DNA of 64,000 nucleotides from Cyanophora paradoxa CCMP329 (lineage: Eukaryota > Plantae > Glaucophyta). Location of the stretch: positions 310,001-374,000 of the forward strand of contig QPMI01000010.1 in NCBI GenBank assembly GCA_004431415.1, in the 5' to 3' direction. The position numbers and the translations under genes were made by a program. Below the pieces are notes generated by a model, which saw nothing but the letters and a program-made list of their open reading frames with translations, was not told the origin of the DNA and searched no databases. Below are positions 35,060 to 48,269 of this stretch, in pieces; position 1 is the first letter of the stretch, and each line of letters begins with the position of its first letter.

Positions 35060-36063
35060 GGCGCATTCTGGAGTTGCGCATTCCGCATGCGCGAGTCGTC
35101 CGCGAGTCGTCGACGTCAACGTTAAAGTTTTCATGTGCAACATTAACGCTTCAAAAATCAATATTAAGTATATTCGCCAGCCTCGAGCTCGCCGCGGCGC
35201 GTTCAGTCTTTCTCGTCGACGTCATGATCACCTTCAGCGCGCGTACGCCCTGATCATGACGTTGGTCCGGAGAAAACTGCGATTGGAGATTCTATAGCTA
35301 ATCATTTGATTCATATGTAGACAAAGTGCGCATGCTGCAGCGCTAGCTCTATATATATAGCTGTCGAGAAGTCTCAGAGTCTGCCGAAAAAGATCTAGAG
35401 TCCTGCGCATACATGTAGTCCTGCGCATTGGGCTTGAAAAAATAGCTATGGTCATGATCAAAATAGATTTAGAGACAAGAATCACACTGCAGCTGTCATT
35501 ATATAATTAGCGAATGTTAACGCGTATGTACACAGTGCGAATTCGGAAAAGAACTGTTTTCAAATTCAAGTCATGATCACTATCTAGTGGTCATCATGCC
35601 ATGCTGGCATGAGCCTCGGAGCTTATTTAATTTGAGAGACAGTAGAAGATAACTATGAACGGAATTTGAAGCGAAATCCAGCCAGGCAGCCTTAGCCAAG
35701 TGGCAGATCTAGATCTGGAGCGTGGGGCAAAGTTCGGATTCGAATTGGAAGGATTCGATTAGGTCGCCGCGCGCGGCCCTTCACATGCCGCGCGCTGTCC
35801 AAATAGCAATCGCCCTAGGCCTGCAACTGGTCGCAGCGGCCCGCTGCCGTCGGCGCCGACGCGGCGAGCGGCACCATGGCCAGCCGCGAGGTCCGGAGGG
35901 CGGGGGATCCGGACATCTGAGTCGCGATCCAGGAGGGGAGGGTGGCCGGGGGGAGGCCCCACTGCTCCGCGAGCGGTGCGATTGGCACCTGCAGCTGCGG
36001 GGGGCATTCGAAGGGATTGCGTCAATATTTGGTAAGCGACGATTTGAGGAGGGGCGATATATA

Positions 36064-38890
36064 TTATGTATGAAAAAGATGCAGCCGCAGACGCACCGAG
36101 CGCATGTAGGCGTCCGGCGCTGGAGGCCTAGCAATAGGGGGCTGAGGCTGAGGCTGGCCAAGGCCAGCGCATGAGCTCAGAAGGAAGAACTCCGCCATTG
36201 CCAGTGCGGTGTCGTTGTGCGCGGAGTCGGCGCCTGCGTTGGTGCTGAAGTCGACGGGAGCGGCGGACGGCAGCTGGTGCTGGACGTCGACGTCGACGCC
36301 GAATGCGTCGACGTCGCTGTCGACGTCGATGCCGTCGCTGTCAGCTTGCACTTTGGCGCGGCCGCGGAGCTCGGGCGGCTGCAGGGGGAACAGCTGCGGC
36401 CCCTCCTCTTCGAAGTCCAAGTCCAAGTCCAAGTCAGAGTCTGGGTCGGCCTCGAGATGCGGCTCGCCATCGTCGGCGGCCGCCGGCGGGCTCGAGCTCG
36501 AGCAGGTGAGGGGCGAGCTCGCCCGAGTCGGCGAGCTCGCAGCCTCCAATATTAATATCGATCGCAGGGGCGACGTCGACGTCGACGTCGACGCGAACGC
36601 CGACAAGGCCGATCGCGAGGCGAAGGTCGACGTCGACGTCGCCGTCGCCGGCGCCGGCGCAGCGAACGTGGCGCTCGAGCTCGACGTCGACGCAACGCTC
36701 GAGCGGCGGCTCGAAGACGCCGATCGCGACGCGTACGTCGACGTCGACGCCGGCGATGCGCACGCGTACGCGTGCGCGGCCGATCCCGATCCCGATCCCG
36801 ATCCCGAGCTCGCGATCGCGGCCTCGCCCGAGCTCCATCCCGACGGCGACGTACGCGTCGCCTCCAGCTTCACGCGAACAGCGCGGCGCGATCCCGCTCC
36901 CGCTCCCGCGGCCGCGGCGGCGGCGGCGCCCTCGCCATCGCTTTCGGCCTTCACGTGTGCCGCCGTCGACGTCGGCGTCGACGTCGACGCGAGCCGGGAC
37001 GATCGCGACTTGGACTTCGCGATTGCCGAACGCGGCCGCTTTCGTTTCGAGAGGGCTGCGGCGGAGGAGGGGCGTGCCACGGTGTGAATGTGAATTCGAA
37101 TGTTACAAATTGCCAGCCCTCCGCTCACCTTTCAGCTCGGGGGGGATGACGGGGGGCACCGCCCGCGAGGCGAGCCCGGCCTTGTGTGCGCGAGTGACGA
37201 TTTCGATCACGCCGGCACCGGCCGGACTCCCGCAGCGCTCGATCTTGAGCTCAAAAATGCGGCGCTCATGACGGAACTGTTTACATGTGCGATTGGTTTA
37301 CATTTAGTTTCGAATAGAATTAAGATTGCAGTTAAGAAAGAGAATAGTCACCGTGGAGGCCAGCACTCCGAAGGTCTCCACAGATTCCCCATTCTCGCCA
37401 ATCGTCATGTGTACCTGATCATAATCGTGAGCGAGAATTCGAACGCGGAGTTCACTAGGGAGCCTGCTATTCACGACCGCCGGGCCGGGCCGTCGAACAA
37501 CGAAATTACGAGGGTGTACGTCTACATGTGCGCTATTCACGATTGCTACCTTCGGGAGCTAGTAATGTGAGACGGAACGGGGATTCGGAGCTTACCACTC
37601 GCGTTTGCCGTGAATTCCGGAGTGTGTTCGAGCCGCCGGCGCCCGTGGCCACCTCGAATTCGAGCAGCGGTCCGCCGTCCTCCTTCGCGGCCGTCTGCGC
37701 CTGCGCCTCGAGATCCTCGAACTCCAAGCTCTCCGCGTCGAGTTCGCCAGTTGCCGCGTCGCCGTCGATATCTGCAAAAGCGCACGCACACGGCGCGGAA
37801 GCGACATATTAATTATAAGAATGCGGGCTCGACATCGCGAATTTGGAAGCCGGGAGGCGAAACTCCTGGATCCGAATTAAAGCTTTAAGAAATGCTGCGC
37901 ACGCTTCGCTGCAAGCTCGCGTAGTCGCTTCGTGCGGCCGTATCTTGCGGGACGCACAACGGCGTGCGTGACGTCGCTTCGGTCATCTACAGCGAAGCGA
38001 GCTTTCAGCGAGGGGCGCGGTTTAATTTTCGTACAAGCGCCGCGGGCCGCGGGCCATGGCGCGAAGTCGATTACGACTCGGCGAATTAACTTGCATTTGA
38101 TTCTAGAATGGCGCTGAAAGAGCTGCAATTGCAAGCACCTTGATAGATTAGTGAAACCTGCAGCGAAGTGCCCGTCCAGGACGCCACAGCAGCGGGACTC
38201 AGATTAGCAAGCCGCAGCTTGTATTGCCTGCGACGTCGACGCGACGCACATCAAAAAATAATTACTCGTCAAGGCATGTCGAAGTACATTAATTGTTAAT
38301 GTTCGCTCGATCTGAAATTGAATTATGTGCAAGTCTCTCAGCGCACCGAGTTGTTAAGAGTGCGTATCGAATGGAGTTCCCGCATTCACGATCAGCATAA
38401 ACTTGCTCCCTCGGAACTTCGATAAACGCTGCACAAGAACAGGATCGAGTGAGCAAATGCAAAGAGCTCGATCGCGAGCTCTTAACGCATATATATATAT
38501 ATACACGGTCAAAAGCCTGGTAATTAAATTATCGCGGGCGCCGGGCGGGGGCTCAAAGTCATAAAAAAATAACCGCTAGGGCTGTCCACGCATATGCATG
38601 CAGAATCTTTTTTTAAGACCGCGAGGCCTAGGGAAACGCACGTGCGCCGGAGCTCGATCCCACGCGGTGAAGCAGGACGAATGTTGCGCCGCTTGCTTGT
38701 GAGGAGCTCGCGGCAGATCTAGATAGAGGAGATGTCGGTGTATACGTAGCGCGAGAAAATCTGGACCCGCTGTCTTCGACATAACCATGTATACGTATAC
38801 GTGCATCCGCATTGCTGCAGCTGGCCGTAGCATCCTGTTCCGAGCTCGAGTATGAGCTTGAGGGAGACGAGGGAAAGGACACCGACATCG
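36064..38890 (-). CDS. Paralogue of the 29.6-kb gene N-terminal domain, with NLS-like KRKRPR and Ser/Ala/Asp low-complexity C-terminus; 5' exons uncertain
   Basis: EDGGPLLEFE..|VHMTIGENGESVETFGVLAST|FRHERRIFELKI..IEIVTRAQ aligns by eye with the 30480-30665 exon. Confidence 0.6.
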
Positions 38891-39394
38891 TGCCCGGCTC
38901 CGATCGCGAGCGGGAGCCGCAGTCCCCTGCCTCGCAGCCGCGCACGCTGTGCGCGCCCTTCGCGTCGCTGCAGCTGGCGCTGGCGATGGGCTGGCCGGGG
39001 GGCGCCCGCTCCGCAGGAAAATCGATATCCCCAGTGTCGCGCACAGAACGCTTCCGCCGCGTTCGCGTGCCAGAACCGAACATGACTCCGGTCGACGTCG
39101 CGTTCTAGATCTACAGAAAATTTAAAGAGCGCTAAAGCTTTGTTGCCGCAGTGGGGGCGCGTTCTCCTGCTCCTGCAGCTGCTCGCGTTTCGAATTCTGT
39201 TTGGACTTCCGGACTCTAGATCTGAGAGTCCTGCAAGCTGCAGCCTGCAGCGTGCGGTCGCCGGTCGTGCGCCGGTGCACCGGGTGCAGCCGCTCAGCGG
39301 CTTAGCTGCGACGAATTCTAAAGTTAATTCGAAAGCCTCGGACCCGGGAGGCGCCGCGGCGCCGCGCAATGGGCGCGCATGCCGCAGCTGCAGC

Positions 39395-39899
39395 CAGGGA
39401 TGTGAAAATTATTGAGGGTCCCCCGAGGGTCCAAAAATTATGGCGATAATTTTTGCCTTGTATGTATAATTTATGGAAAATTATGGGAAAAATTATGCCA
39501 TACAAAGCGGAAAAGTTTCGTCGCTCAGCCTTGTTTCGTTGCTCAGAAGCATTATATGCATGTTAGAGTGCTTTATTGACTCTCAGAGATATGTCCTGGG
39601 CCGCTAATGACGCTCTGGAGCAAGGATGGCTGGGTGACAGCGGGGGGGGTAGGGGCTCTTAGAGGGGGGAAGAGGCGCCGACGCACCTCACATTCAGCAC
39701 CCGCAAAGCAGCCTTATTTGCTTTCAATACATTGTACATCGATATATATCTATCTTATAACGTTTAGAGGCGCCAGGGGGGTGTCCTCTAAAAATTTTCT
39801 ATAAATTATGGATGGCCGAAACCGGGGGCAAAAATTATCCCATAATTATTCGAAAAATTATGGAATACTTTTTCCATAATTTATGGGCGGCGAACCCTG
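39395..39899. mobile_element. Non-autonomous hAT-type element (505 bp)
   Basis: Ends CAGGG...CCCTG; perfect 8-bp TSD GCTGCAGC (39387-39394, 39900-39907); subterminal AATTATGG/CCATAATT repeats. Confidence 0.85.
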
Positions 39900-40580
39900 G
39901 CTGCAGCCTGCAGCCTGGCAGTGCGGTGCCACGGTGCAGGCTTCCAGGCTACCGGTAATTAAGACTTGAACTTCGGAAGAGAGCTAGCGCTCCGCCGGAC
40001 GCCGTGACGACGGTGACGCCGGCCGATCGGCGTCGATTCGAATTCAGCGATCGATATCGCGGTTCGCGAGTCGAGTCGCGAGACGTCGACTCGCGAGTCG
40101 CGACTGTCGCGGCCGAGAGTCGGCGAATCCCCGATTTCCGGATCGGACAGATTCGGACTACTACCGCCAGTCTACCGGTAGTATCCGGTACTAGTCTACT
40201 AGTAGTCTAGTACTAGTAATCGCGATCGGACGTCGACACTCAGTGACTGTGACATCCGATGATCATCGGACTCGTGATCGGAGCCCGCGCGTGCGGCGCG
40301 GCCGGCGCCACGCGGACCACGGTATACCGTAGTACGCGGTTACCTTAGTTAGGCTTACTAAGTTAGTAACTTCAAGTTCTAGTAACTTAGTGGCCCTATC
40401 ATTGTATAGGCCATTGGCTATCCTACTAGGCTATTTCGTAGTAAAGTATTCTAGTAGGCTATATATATACCAGTGTACATGTAGGCTGTGTAGAAGTGTA
40501 GGTAGTCCGTACTACGTAGTACTCCGTACTACGACTCCGTAGTACTGTTGGATTGCTTATTTAGCCGTGGTTTCAAATTG

Positions 40581-40797
40581 CCGTAGATTGCCGATCTCGC
40601 GGCATAAATTACCGCGTTTTAAAACCCGGCCCGGTTGGGGGGTACTGTACGGGCGACTTCTCAGCGGGCAATTAATATTACCGAGGCACCGCCGGCACGC
40701 CAGCACCAAATTACCGCGTTTTTACAAACTTTTGGCGCGGTAATTTGGTACCGCGGTAATTAAGTGGGCGCGGTATTTATGTGTTCTATAGCTACGG
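40581..40797. mobile_element. Degenerate CCGTA-ended MITE
   Basis: CCGTAG...CTACGG ends with inverted AATTACCGCG/CGCGGTAATT subterminal repeats; the flanks are TG/CA rather than TA. Confidence 0.5.
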
Positions 40798-40985
40798 CAG
40801 TTACCGTGCAGTATGCATGCGCAGCAGCCTGGCAGGCTGCCACTGCCTGCCAGGCAGTGCCAGCACTGCCAGCCACTGGCAGCCAGTGCCGGCCGCGCTA
40901 GGCTGCCACAGCTGCAGGCTGCAGCCTGCAGCCTGCCAGCTGGCAGCAGGCTGCCAGGGCTGCCAGCAGCGCAGAAATCAGAGTA

Positions 40986-41223
40986 CTGTAAACGTACGAA
41001 TTTCCGCCAGCGTTTAATTTCGACTATATTCGCCAGACCCTCCCGCTGTCGAATATTTGACGCTGGCGAATTAAGCCTTTGTATGGAGAGAGGGGTACCA
41101 GCGGCTGACCTCTCTATGGCGAAGTCGCAGGGTGTCGAAATCAAGACGCTGGCGGACTAATTTTCGACAGGATTTTCGGGTTTTGTCGAATTAAAGTGCT
41201 GGCGGATATTAGTACGTTTACAG
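40986..41223. mobile_element. TA-flanked MITE (pogo/Tc2-type), 238 bp
   Basis: TA-CTGTAAACGTACGAATTTCCGCCAGC ... GCTGGCGGATATTAGTACGTTTACAG-TA. Confidence 0.88.
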
Positions 41224-41765
41224 TACTAGCTATAGCTATAGTCCGCATCCGAACTTCGGAACTACGAATCGAAGCAAAACTAAAGTTCAGAACTCAAGTG
41301 ACTGTGCCACGGTGTGAGTCATCATGATCATGAATCATGATCATGGCATCAATGTTGGACGTCAAACATACCACTGGTATCATAGCTACAGTTTGTCATC
41401 AGTGACTCATCACACAATTGCAAGCTCACATTGACAGCCTGATCATGATGACAGCATTGACAGGGCGTGTTGACTCTGTTGAGTCATGGACTCATGGAAC
41501 ACAATCTACATCTAGCTAAATGATGTGACTGATGATGTCGTCCGATGAGTTAACGTTTCCGTGCGCATGCCTAATCAATTGATGAGATTCTAGAGTCATT
41601 AATTAAAATATTGTAGTCTTCTTTCCGGATTGATGATGTCGTCCAATCACGACTCCAATGAGTTTCCCTGCCGAAAACGGTGCGTAGCTCTAGCCAGTCA
41701 GCGAGTTCCGAAGTTTGTTTTTTTGAGTTTTTCTCAACAGTTTTGACGAGCACCGACCAAATCGG

Positions 41766-42701
41766 TAGGCCTGATGCTTGACCCCCCCCGGCTTCAAGCC
41801 AAGCCAAGCCAAATTTTGGCCTTCCGGAGTCAAGCCAAGCCAAGCACCCGAGCCGGCCGGCTCAAATGCTTGGCCCCTCGGCTAGGTCAAATATTTGTCA
41901 AATGCTTGAGGGGGGGTACCCCATGTACGCCCCTCTTTCCCCTCTATAGCTAGATCTAGCTATATATAGATCTTCCCTAAGGCGCGGCAGCGCGCTAGCT
42001 AGCTACGCACGTACGTATACGATCTTGCTCAAATTGTTCAGTGAAACATATATAAACAACTAAGTCGACTTCCGCGCGCTTCTTTCCATCTGGAGCTCGC
42101 GATCGAGCTCGAGACCCGGGTGACCCTTAAATTCAGGCCTAGGTCGCCCTACTGCCTTCTTAATTATAATCTGGCCTGCTGTCTTACAAGCGAACTGCCG
42201 GCCGTGCTTCTCCTTGTACATGTTGAGCAGGCGCCGGCACATCGCTGCTCGAAGTCGTCCGCGCGCGTCCGTGCGCGGCCTTTGCGCTGCTGCATGCGCA
42301 GCTGCAGGCGCCCCTGCATGCAGCTGCAGCTGGCGCAGCTGCAGCTGCAGCTGCAGGCGCATCGCTGGACCGGACCGGAGCCGGCGATGGCATGGGCTGC
42401 GCGGGGGCACGGAATGAGATGTTGCCAGCTGCAGACGCGTCCTTGCCGATGACTGATCATGACTGCGTGGATTTGCCCTTCTCCTTCGGCGGCATTAATA
42501 TTGCTGCTGGCTGGCAGTGGCTGCCTGGCTGAGCCTACTTCGCTGTGCCTAAGTATGGCCCTTCCCCCCCCTGCTCCCCCCCCCCCCCATAATATTTGCA
42601 ATTGCAAGTATCTTCAAGCACGGCTTTCTGGCTCAAATGCTTGGGGCTAGAGGTCAAGCCAAGTGCTTGAGGCAAATGCTTGACCCCAAGCAGCAGGCCT
42701 A
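41766..42701. mobile_element. Non-autonomous hAT-like element (about 0.94 kb)
   Basis: TIRs TAGGCCTGATGCTTG / CAAGCAGCAGGCCTA (14/15 match); subterminal CAAGC and CAAATGCTTG repeats. The left-flank 8-mer CAAATCGG recurs 11 nt beyond the right end. Confidence 0.7.
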
Positions 42702-43076
42702 CTGGCAAATGGCAAATCGGCGACGATTCGATCGATTCAACAAATTTGACTGCAGTTCGGAACTTGCATGTTTTTCGAGTTCCGATTTTCGGTTTTAAAA
42801 ACAATTCGACGTTCCGATTTTCGGTTTTAACCTGGAATTCGATCGGGGTACATATGCATACACGCACATGCAACGCTCGAGCTCATGCATATGATCGACG
42901 GCTCGTGCTGCGCATGCATGCTTCTCCCTCCGCTCCTGGCTGGGGGGAGCTCGATCATCGCCGAGTGCATGGAGCGATCGTCGGATAGCGGATCAAATTT
43001 GGATGCCGCAGTACCCGTCCCGACGAAGAATCGGTGGAGCCCCCTGAACGCGGCGCGCATCGATCAAAGGAGCATA

Positions 43077-46000
43077 TGGCGTTCTCTGTGACTCCCGCGC
43101 CGACAGCCTTGCGGCCCGGGCGTGCGCTGCAGCTGTCGAGCCCAGCCGTGTGCTCTGGCCCCACTGAGCGCGAGGCCACGCGACTCTGGGAGCAGCGGCG
43201 GCGGTTCGTGCTGGGCGATCAGCCGCTGCGCTTGCGCGCTACGGCGGCCGCCGCGCCTCACCAGCGATCCTTCGTGCCGGCGAACCCTGTGATGCACGTG
43301 GAGCACCCGCACGACGTTGTAAAGACTGTCGAGGTGGCAGGGGTCATCGATGGCACTCCGGAGGAACGGCTCTGGGCCCGGCAGGAGGCCCTCGGCGCCG
43401 TCGCGGGCGAACCGAACAGCGACAGCGCGTGGGTGACCGCCGAGACGTTCGGCGAGGAGAAGGACGAGGACGCGATCCGCGCCGTGGGGATGGGTGCGCT
43501 TCTCGCCGCTCGCGGCGGCCTCGGCCGCCCTCTCAGCGCCGCGCACAGGCGTCGCTCTGTTCGACCGAAGCAGCTGGGGCCGCCTTAAGCTCAGCGACGC
43601 GTGCGCTCTAGCCCGGGGCCTTTTCCTCGTTAGCTAAGCACTCTTTCCAGCGACTGCGTCGCGTTCCTGCACAACCAGTCGACGAACGACATCCAGAAAC
43701 TGAAGTCCGGGCAGGTGCGCAGCGCACGCGCCACGTGCGCTTTCCCCGCGCGCCGCCGGCGCGCCCACCGCGCCCCTCGCGCAGGGATGCGACACCTGTC
43801 TGGTGACCGCGCAGGCTCGGTGCGGCTTCCGCCCCTCCCCGCCCGGCCCCGCCCGGCTGGATGCGAGCGGGCCCGGGGGTACCCAGCCTGATCGATCTCG
43901 CCCTGGCCCTTCGTACCGACGACAACATCATCCTCCTCGTATCCCCTAACAAGCAGAAGGCCCTTGCCAAGCACTTCGACAAGGTACCCCCGCTCCCCCC
44001 CGCCCCCCCTCCCCCCGCCCCTCCCCCTCCGCGCTCCTGACCTTGTACCCAGTACATTTTCTTCCAAGACAAAGTCAAGGTCTGTCTCGAGGATACAAAA
44101 CCGCTGGGTCTCCCCGCCAGTTACTGAGGCGCGTCGGGGGTACAGGTGGAGGACCTCACGAGCAAGACAGCGTGCTTCACCCTCATTGGCCCCTCCGCTC
44201 GTGACGTCCTCGGCCGCATGCGCGTACCCCGCTCGTCTACTCGCGCTTCGTTTCGCTGAAGGCGACGCGCAGGAGCATTGACGTCCGTGACATGTGCGGG
44301 CTGACGTACGCCCACAAGTGCGTCCGGGCCCGTACCCCCCTGCCCCTCGCGCCTCTCATCTCGTACCCCCTTCGCAGGTTCTTCTCGTTCCAGCGCCCCT
44401 CGGGCCGCATGGACGTGATGCTCGTCCGCAACTCCGGCTTGACCGCCGAGGTGCGCGTACCCCCCAAAAAATCTAAATCTCGAGGGGAATTGTGTACGCG
44501 GGGGCTAACTCCGCAGGGGTACAGGGCTTCACGATCGTCGTGAACGCGGACCAAGCGGCGGACCTCTGGAGCTTCCTTGAGGTCCGTACCCCCCTCCCCC
44601 CCCCCGCCCCCCGCCCGCCCGCTTTCCCCTCCGCTGTACCCCTCCAACACCTTTGGCTCCAGGCGCAGGGGGCGCGGCCGCTGGGTACGCGGGCGTGGAA
44701 CAAGCTGCGCGTGAAGGACGGCCGCCCCGCCGCCGGCCTCGAGCTCACCGAAGAGGTCCGCGTACCCCCCACACACACACACAAACAGTACCCCCCCTCA
44801 CTTCCCCCCCCTCCCTCCGCCCCAGTACAACCCGCTGGAGGCGGGCCTGTGGCACGCGGTCTCGCTGGACAAGGGCTGCTACATCGGCCAGGAGACCCTC
44901 GCCCGGTTCGTCCGTCCGTCCGTCCGGCGACTGTACCCGCCCGCCCACCCTGCAGCTAGCTAGCCGACTGTACCCAACTAGAACCGAAGCGTCCCACCTG
45001 CCTGCGGCTGACCGTTTGATCTGCGCTGCTTTCGCGCGCGCGCGCAGCCTCAACACGTACAAGGGCGTCAAGACGCAGGTTCCCCCGCCCCCCCCCTAAA
45101 TCCCGTTCGAATCAGATCGAAGGCCGCCGCCCCTTCCCCTTCTGACCTGACCTGACCCCCTCCTCGATCAGATCTGGGGCCTCACGGTCAGCGGCGCGGC
45201 GGCGGGCGGGCGGCGGCCTGCGGCTGGCGACCCCATCTTCTCCGAGGAGGGCGAGAAGGTGCCTAAAAGTCCATTAGTGAGGATGAAGGCTCTTTTGGGA
45301 GAGCTGTAGGATGCTGTGGAACTCATGCAGCCCCTCGGAGCGCTCGGATCGGATCGGATCTGATCGGATCTGATCTGACCTGATCTGAGCTCAGATCGGC
45401 GTGGTGTCGAGCGTGGCGGAGGTCGAGGACAAGGAGGGCCTCGCATGCCTCGCCTACGTTCGCACCAAGGTACGCCAGGAGGGGGGTAGATCGATAGACA
45501 GAAATATCTAGATCTAGAGCTAAGCGAAGAGCAAGGCTTCACGGCATGGATTCGTCGATACATCGGCTCTAATAGACACTCGGAGCGCCATTCAGATAAT
45601 AGACGAATAGGTTGATGGATCTAGATCTAGAGCTCGAGGCCCGAGCGAATCTCTAGTGCAAGGCTCTAGTTCAGCTGCCGTCACCGGGGTCCAGCGGCTG
45701 CCCAAGAGGGCAGCCCTCTAGTAGATGCTCGGAGGGCTTTTATCCTCGAATCTGAGGTCGCGATCTGATCTGATCTGACGCAGGCGGGGGCGGAGGGCCT
45801 GGCGGTGCGCGTGGGCGAGGGCGAGGGCGCCCTCTCGGCCACGCTCTCCATGGTGCCGTACATCCAGGTGCGCTCTCTGGAGGGCGGGGAATAAGAAGAA
45901 GAAGCCTTTAGAGTGTCGGAGGACGAGATCTAGAAGCTTCGGGGTTGGGATGCCTAGAGTTTAGATGGCTCTCCATGGGACCGCACATCCAGGGGCGCTC

Positions 46001-46190
46001 TCTGGAGAACAGAGAATAAGAAGAAGGGGAAGAGGAGGAGGGGGAAGCTTGGGCGGGGCCCGGTGAGCTTGAGAGCTTTAGAATGTCGGAGGACGGGATC
46101 TAGATGCTTCAAGAGTTGGAAGCGTGCGGCTGACTCGGCGGGCGAACGCAGCACCAGGAGGGGGAGGCGCCGGCGCGGCCGCAGCTGTGA
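43077..46190 (+). CDS. ygfZ: Plastid folate-binding Fe-S maintenance protein YgfZ (COG0354/GcvT-like)
   Basis: MAFSVTP transit peptide; LFDRSSWGRLKLS, FLHNQSTNDI, CLVTAQAR|LID, YIFFQDKV, WNKLRVKDGRP, YNPLEAGL, and the signature SLDKGCYIGQETLAR. Confidence 0.93.
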
Positions 46191-46469
46191 GGGGTACCCC
46201 TCGGAGTCTTGTACCTTTTACTCCTGCGGGCCGTGCACGCGTACCCGGCCCGTTCCGTAGATTTTGCTGCTAGCGCTGCTCCCTAGTGCTGAGGCTACAG
46301 AGAGTATCGATGTATGCAGTGCGGCAACTTTTGGCATCATGATCAAGAGCTGTTATATATCATGATCAGGAAAAAAAGGAAAACATGATGGGCCGGGGAG
46401 GGAGGGACCCGGGAGGTCGACCCCCAGGTCCACCTCGGGAGGACTACCCCCCTTGTGAGCTCGGCGAGG

Positions 46470-46690
46470 GCCGCGTGTAGGGGCGAGGGCGGCGCGGGGG
46501 GTAGGGGCGAGGGCCGCGGGGGGTAGGGGCGAGGGCCGCGGGGGGTAGGCCTAGGGGCGAGGGCCGCGCGGGGGTAGGGGCGAGGGCCGCGCGGGCGGTA
46601 GGGGTGAGGGCGGTGGGGGTAGGGGCGAGAGCGGCGGGGACCGCAGGTGGGGGCGAGGGCGGCGGGGGGGCCACGGGTGCGGCGAGGGCG
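46470..46690 (+). repeat. Degenerate G-rich minisatellite (unit about 21 bp, GGGGTAGGGGCGAGGGCCGCG), G-quadruplex-prone
   Basis: About 8-9 imperfect units read directly. Confidence 0.85.
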
Positions 46691-48269
46691 GCAAGTTATG
46701 AGCACTAGCGTAGCAAATTGAACATAATCATGAATTCGAATTGCAACTTTGTGATGACGCCGTGTGTGGCGGTCCGACGGTCGACGTCATGACCATATAT
46801 ACGCATGGCGCTGCCTTGCCTCTCACAGCAGCTGCAGCCTCACGGCAACCGGGGCTAGCGCTGTCCGATCGCGACTCGTTTCGCGTGTGCATGCACGCGG
46901 TCCGTTCATGCCGCGGCGGTCCGGCGGTCCGGCCGATCCCCGGCCCAGAACTCGGAAACCCTGTACATATGCATGTGACCATCGGGCAGCCGCGCGCTGA
47001 TCATTAGGGTGCGAGAAGCTTAAGGGGGCGGACCAGGGATTCTGAGGGGCCCGGGAAACCCTCCCTCCCTTCCTGGCCGGACCCACGAAGCAGTAAACGT
47101 ATTCTAGCAATTGAAATTGCTCAAGTACCACGGTAACTTCCAGCAAATTAAATTAAAGGTCGTGCCCCCGCAAGGCCGGGGCCGCCGGGCCGGCGGCCGC
47201 GCCTCCGCGGCCACCTATAGCTATCCCCCTCGACGACGGGCGCGGGGATCCGGAGCTCCTGGACGCCGACGCCTCCAAGCGCGGTGCACGTGCCTCCGCC
47301 CCGCCGCCTCCGCCGCCCAAGCGGCCGGCCACCGCCGGCCCCCCCATGCCCCCCCCTTTCCAGCCCCCGCTGCCTTTTCTCGTCATCTACGATGCCGGTC
47401 TGGGGGTGCCAGCACCCCGCCGGTCGGCCCCGGGGCGGGCACGGCCCCCTCCCTGCAGCTGCCCTACAACGTCGACCTGGCGGCCATCATGTTCGAGCTC
47501 CAGCGCGTTCATGGCCAGCAGGGCGCCAGCAGCAGCCCCGCGCCCGTCCCCGCCCCCTAGGCCTCCGGCTCCATGATCACCACCCTGGCGAACCCGGCCC
47601 GGTTTTGGCGGCCCTCCGGGCGGGGCTTAGCCTCGACACCCTCGGTCTTGCCTCGAGCTCGGCGCCGCGCCAGGTCGGCGAGGACGAGTTCATTCCTTAC
47701 TAGCCCGCCGCCCTCCCCCTCTGGGCCGGGCTGCGCGCCAGTAGATTGCCCTCAGGCCTGCCGCCCGCGGCCGGCCCTCACGCGCGAGTAGCTTTCCTTA
47801 TCGATATCCTCCTTTCATTCTCTATTTCGTTTACTTCCTTCCTCCCCCTTCATCACTGATTTCTCTGAGGTAGACTCCGCAATCTCGTCTGGATAGCTAG
47901 GGTGGGGGCTAGCACCCATTCCCTAGACACTCCTCGGTCGCTTTCTCAGAGAAAGTGGAGTGTTGAATGTCAGCAATGATCCCGACGGGGTCCCCTCTGG
48001 AAAGGTCGTGCATGCAGACTGTGCAGCCACTCGCTCCGAAGTTCCAGGCCCGAATACCCACCTGCTCCGAAGTTCCACTCTCCCCCCCTGAAAATCGAGT
48101 ACCCTGCAACAAACTCGAGCTCGGGACTTTGGAAGAGGCCGCCGGCCAGGCGGGCCGGCCTTGAGCCTCGGGCGCCGGTGCCTTGCTGAGCTTGAGCCAT
48201 GTGCCTAATTTTAAAATGAGCCGGACACGAGGACCTATAATGTATAACGTACCCTACCTCTCTTCAAAA

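Noticed and set aside
36209-37087. 292-aa plus-strand ORF rich in VDVD
   Set aside because: Antisense shadow of a low-complexity exon built from palindromic GTCGAC/GAGCTC words.
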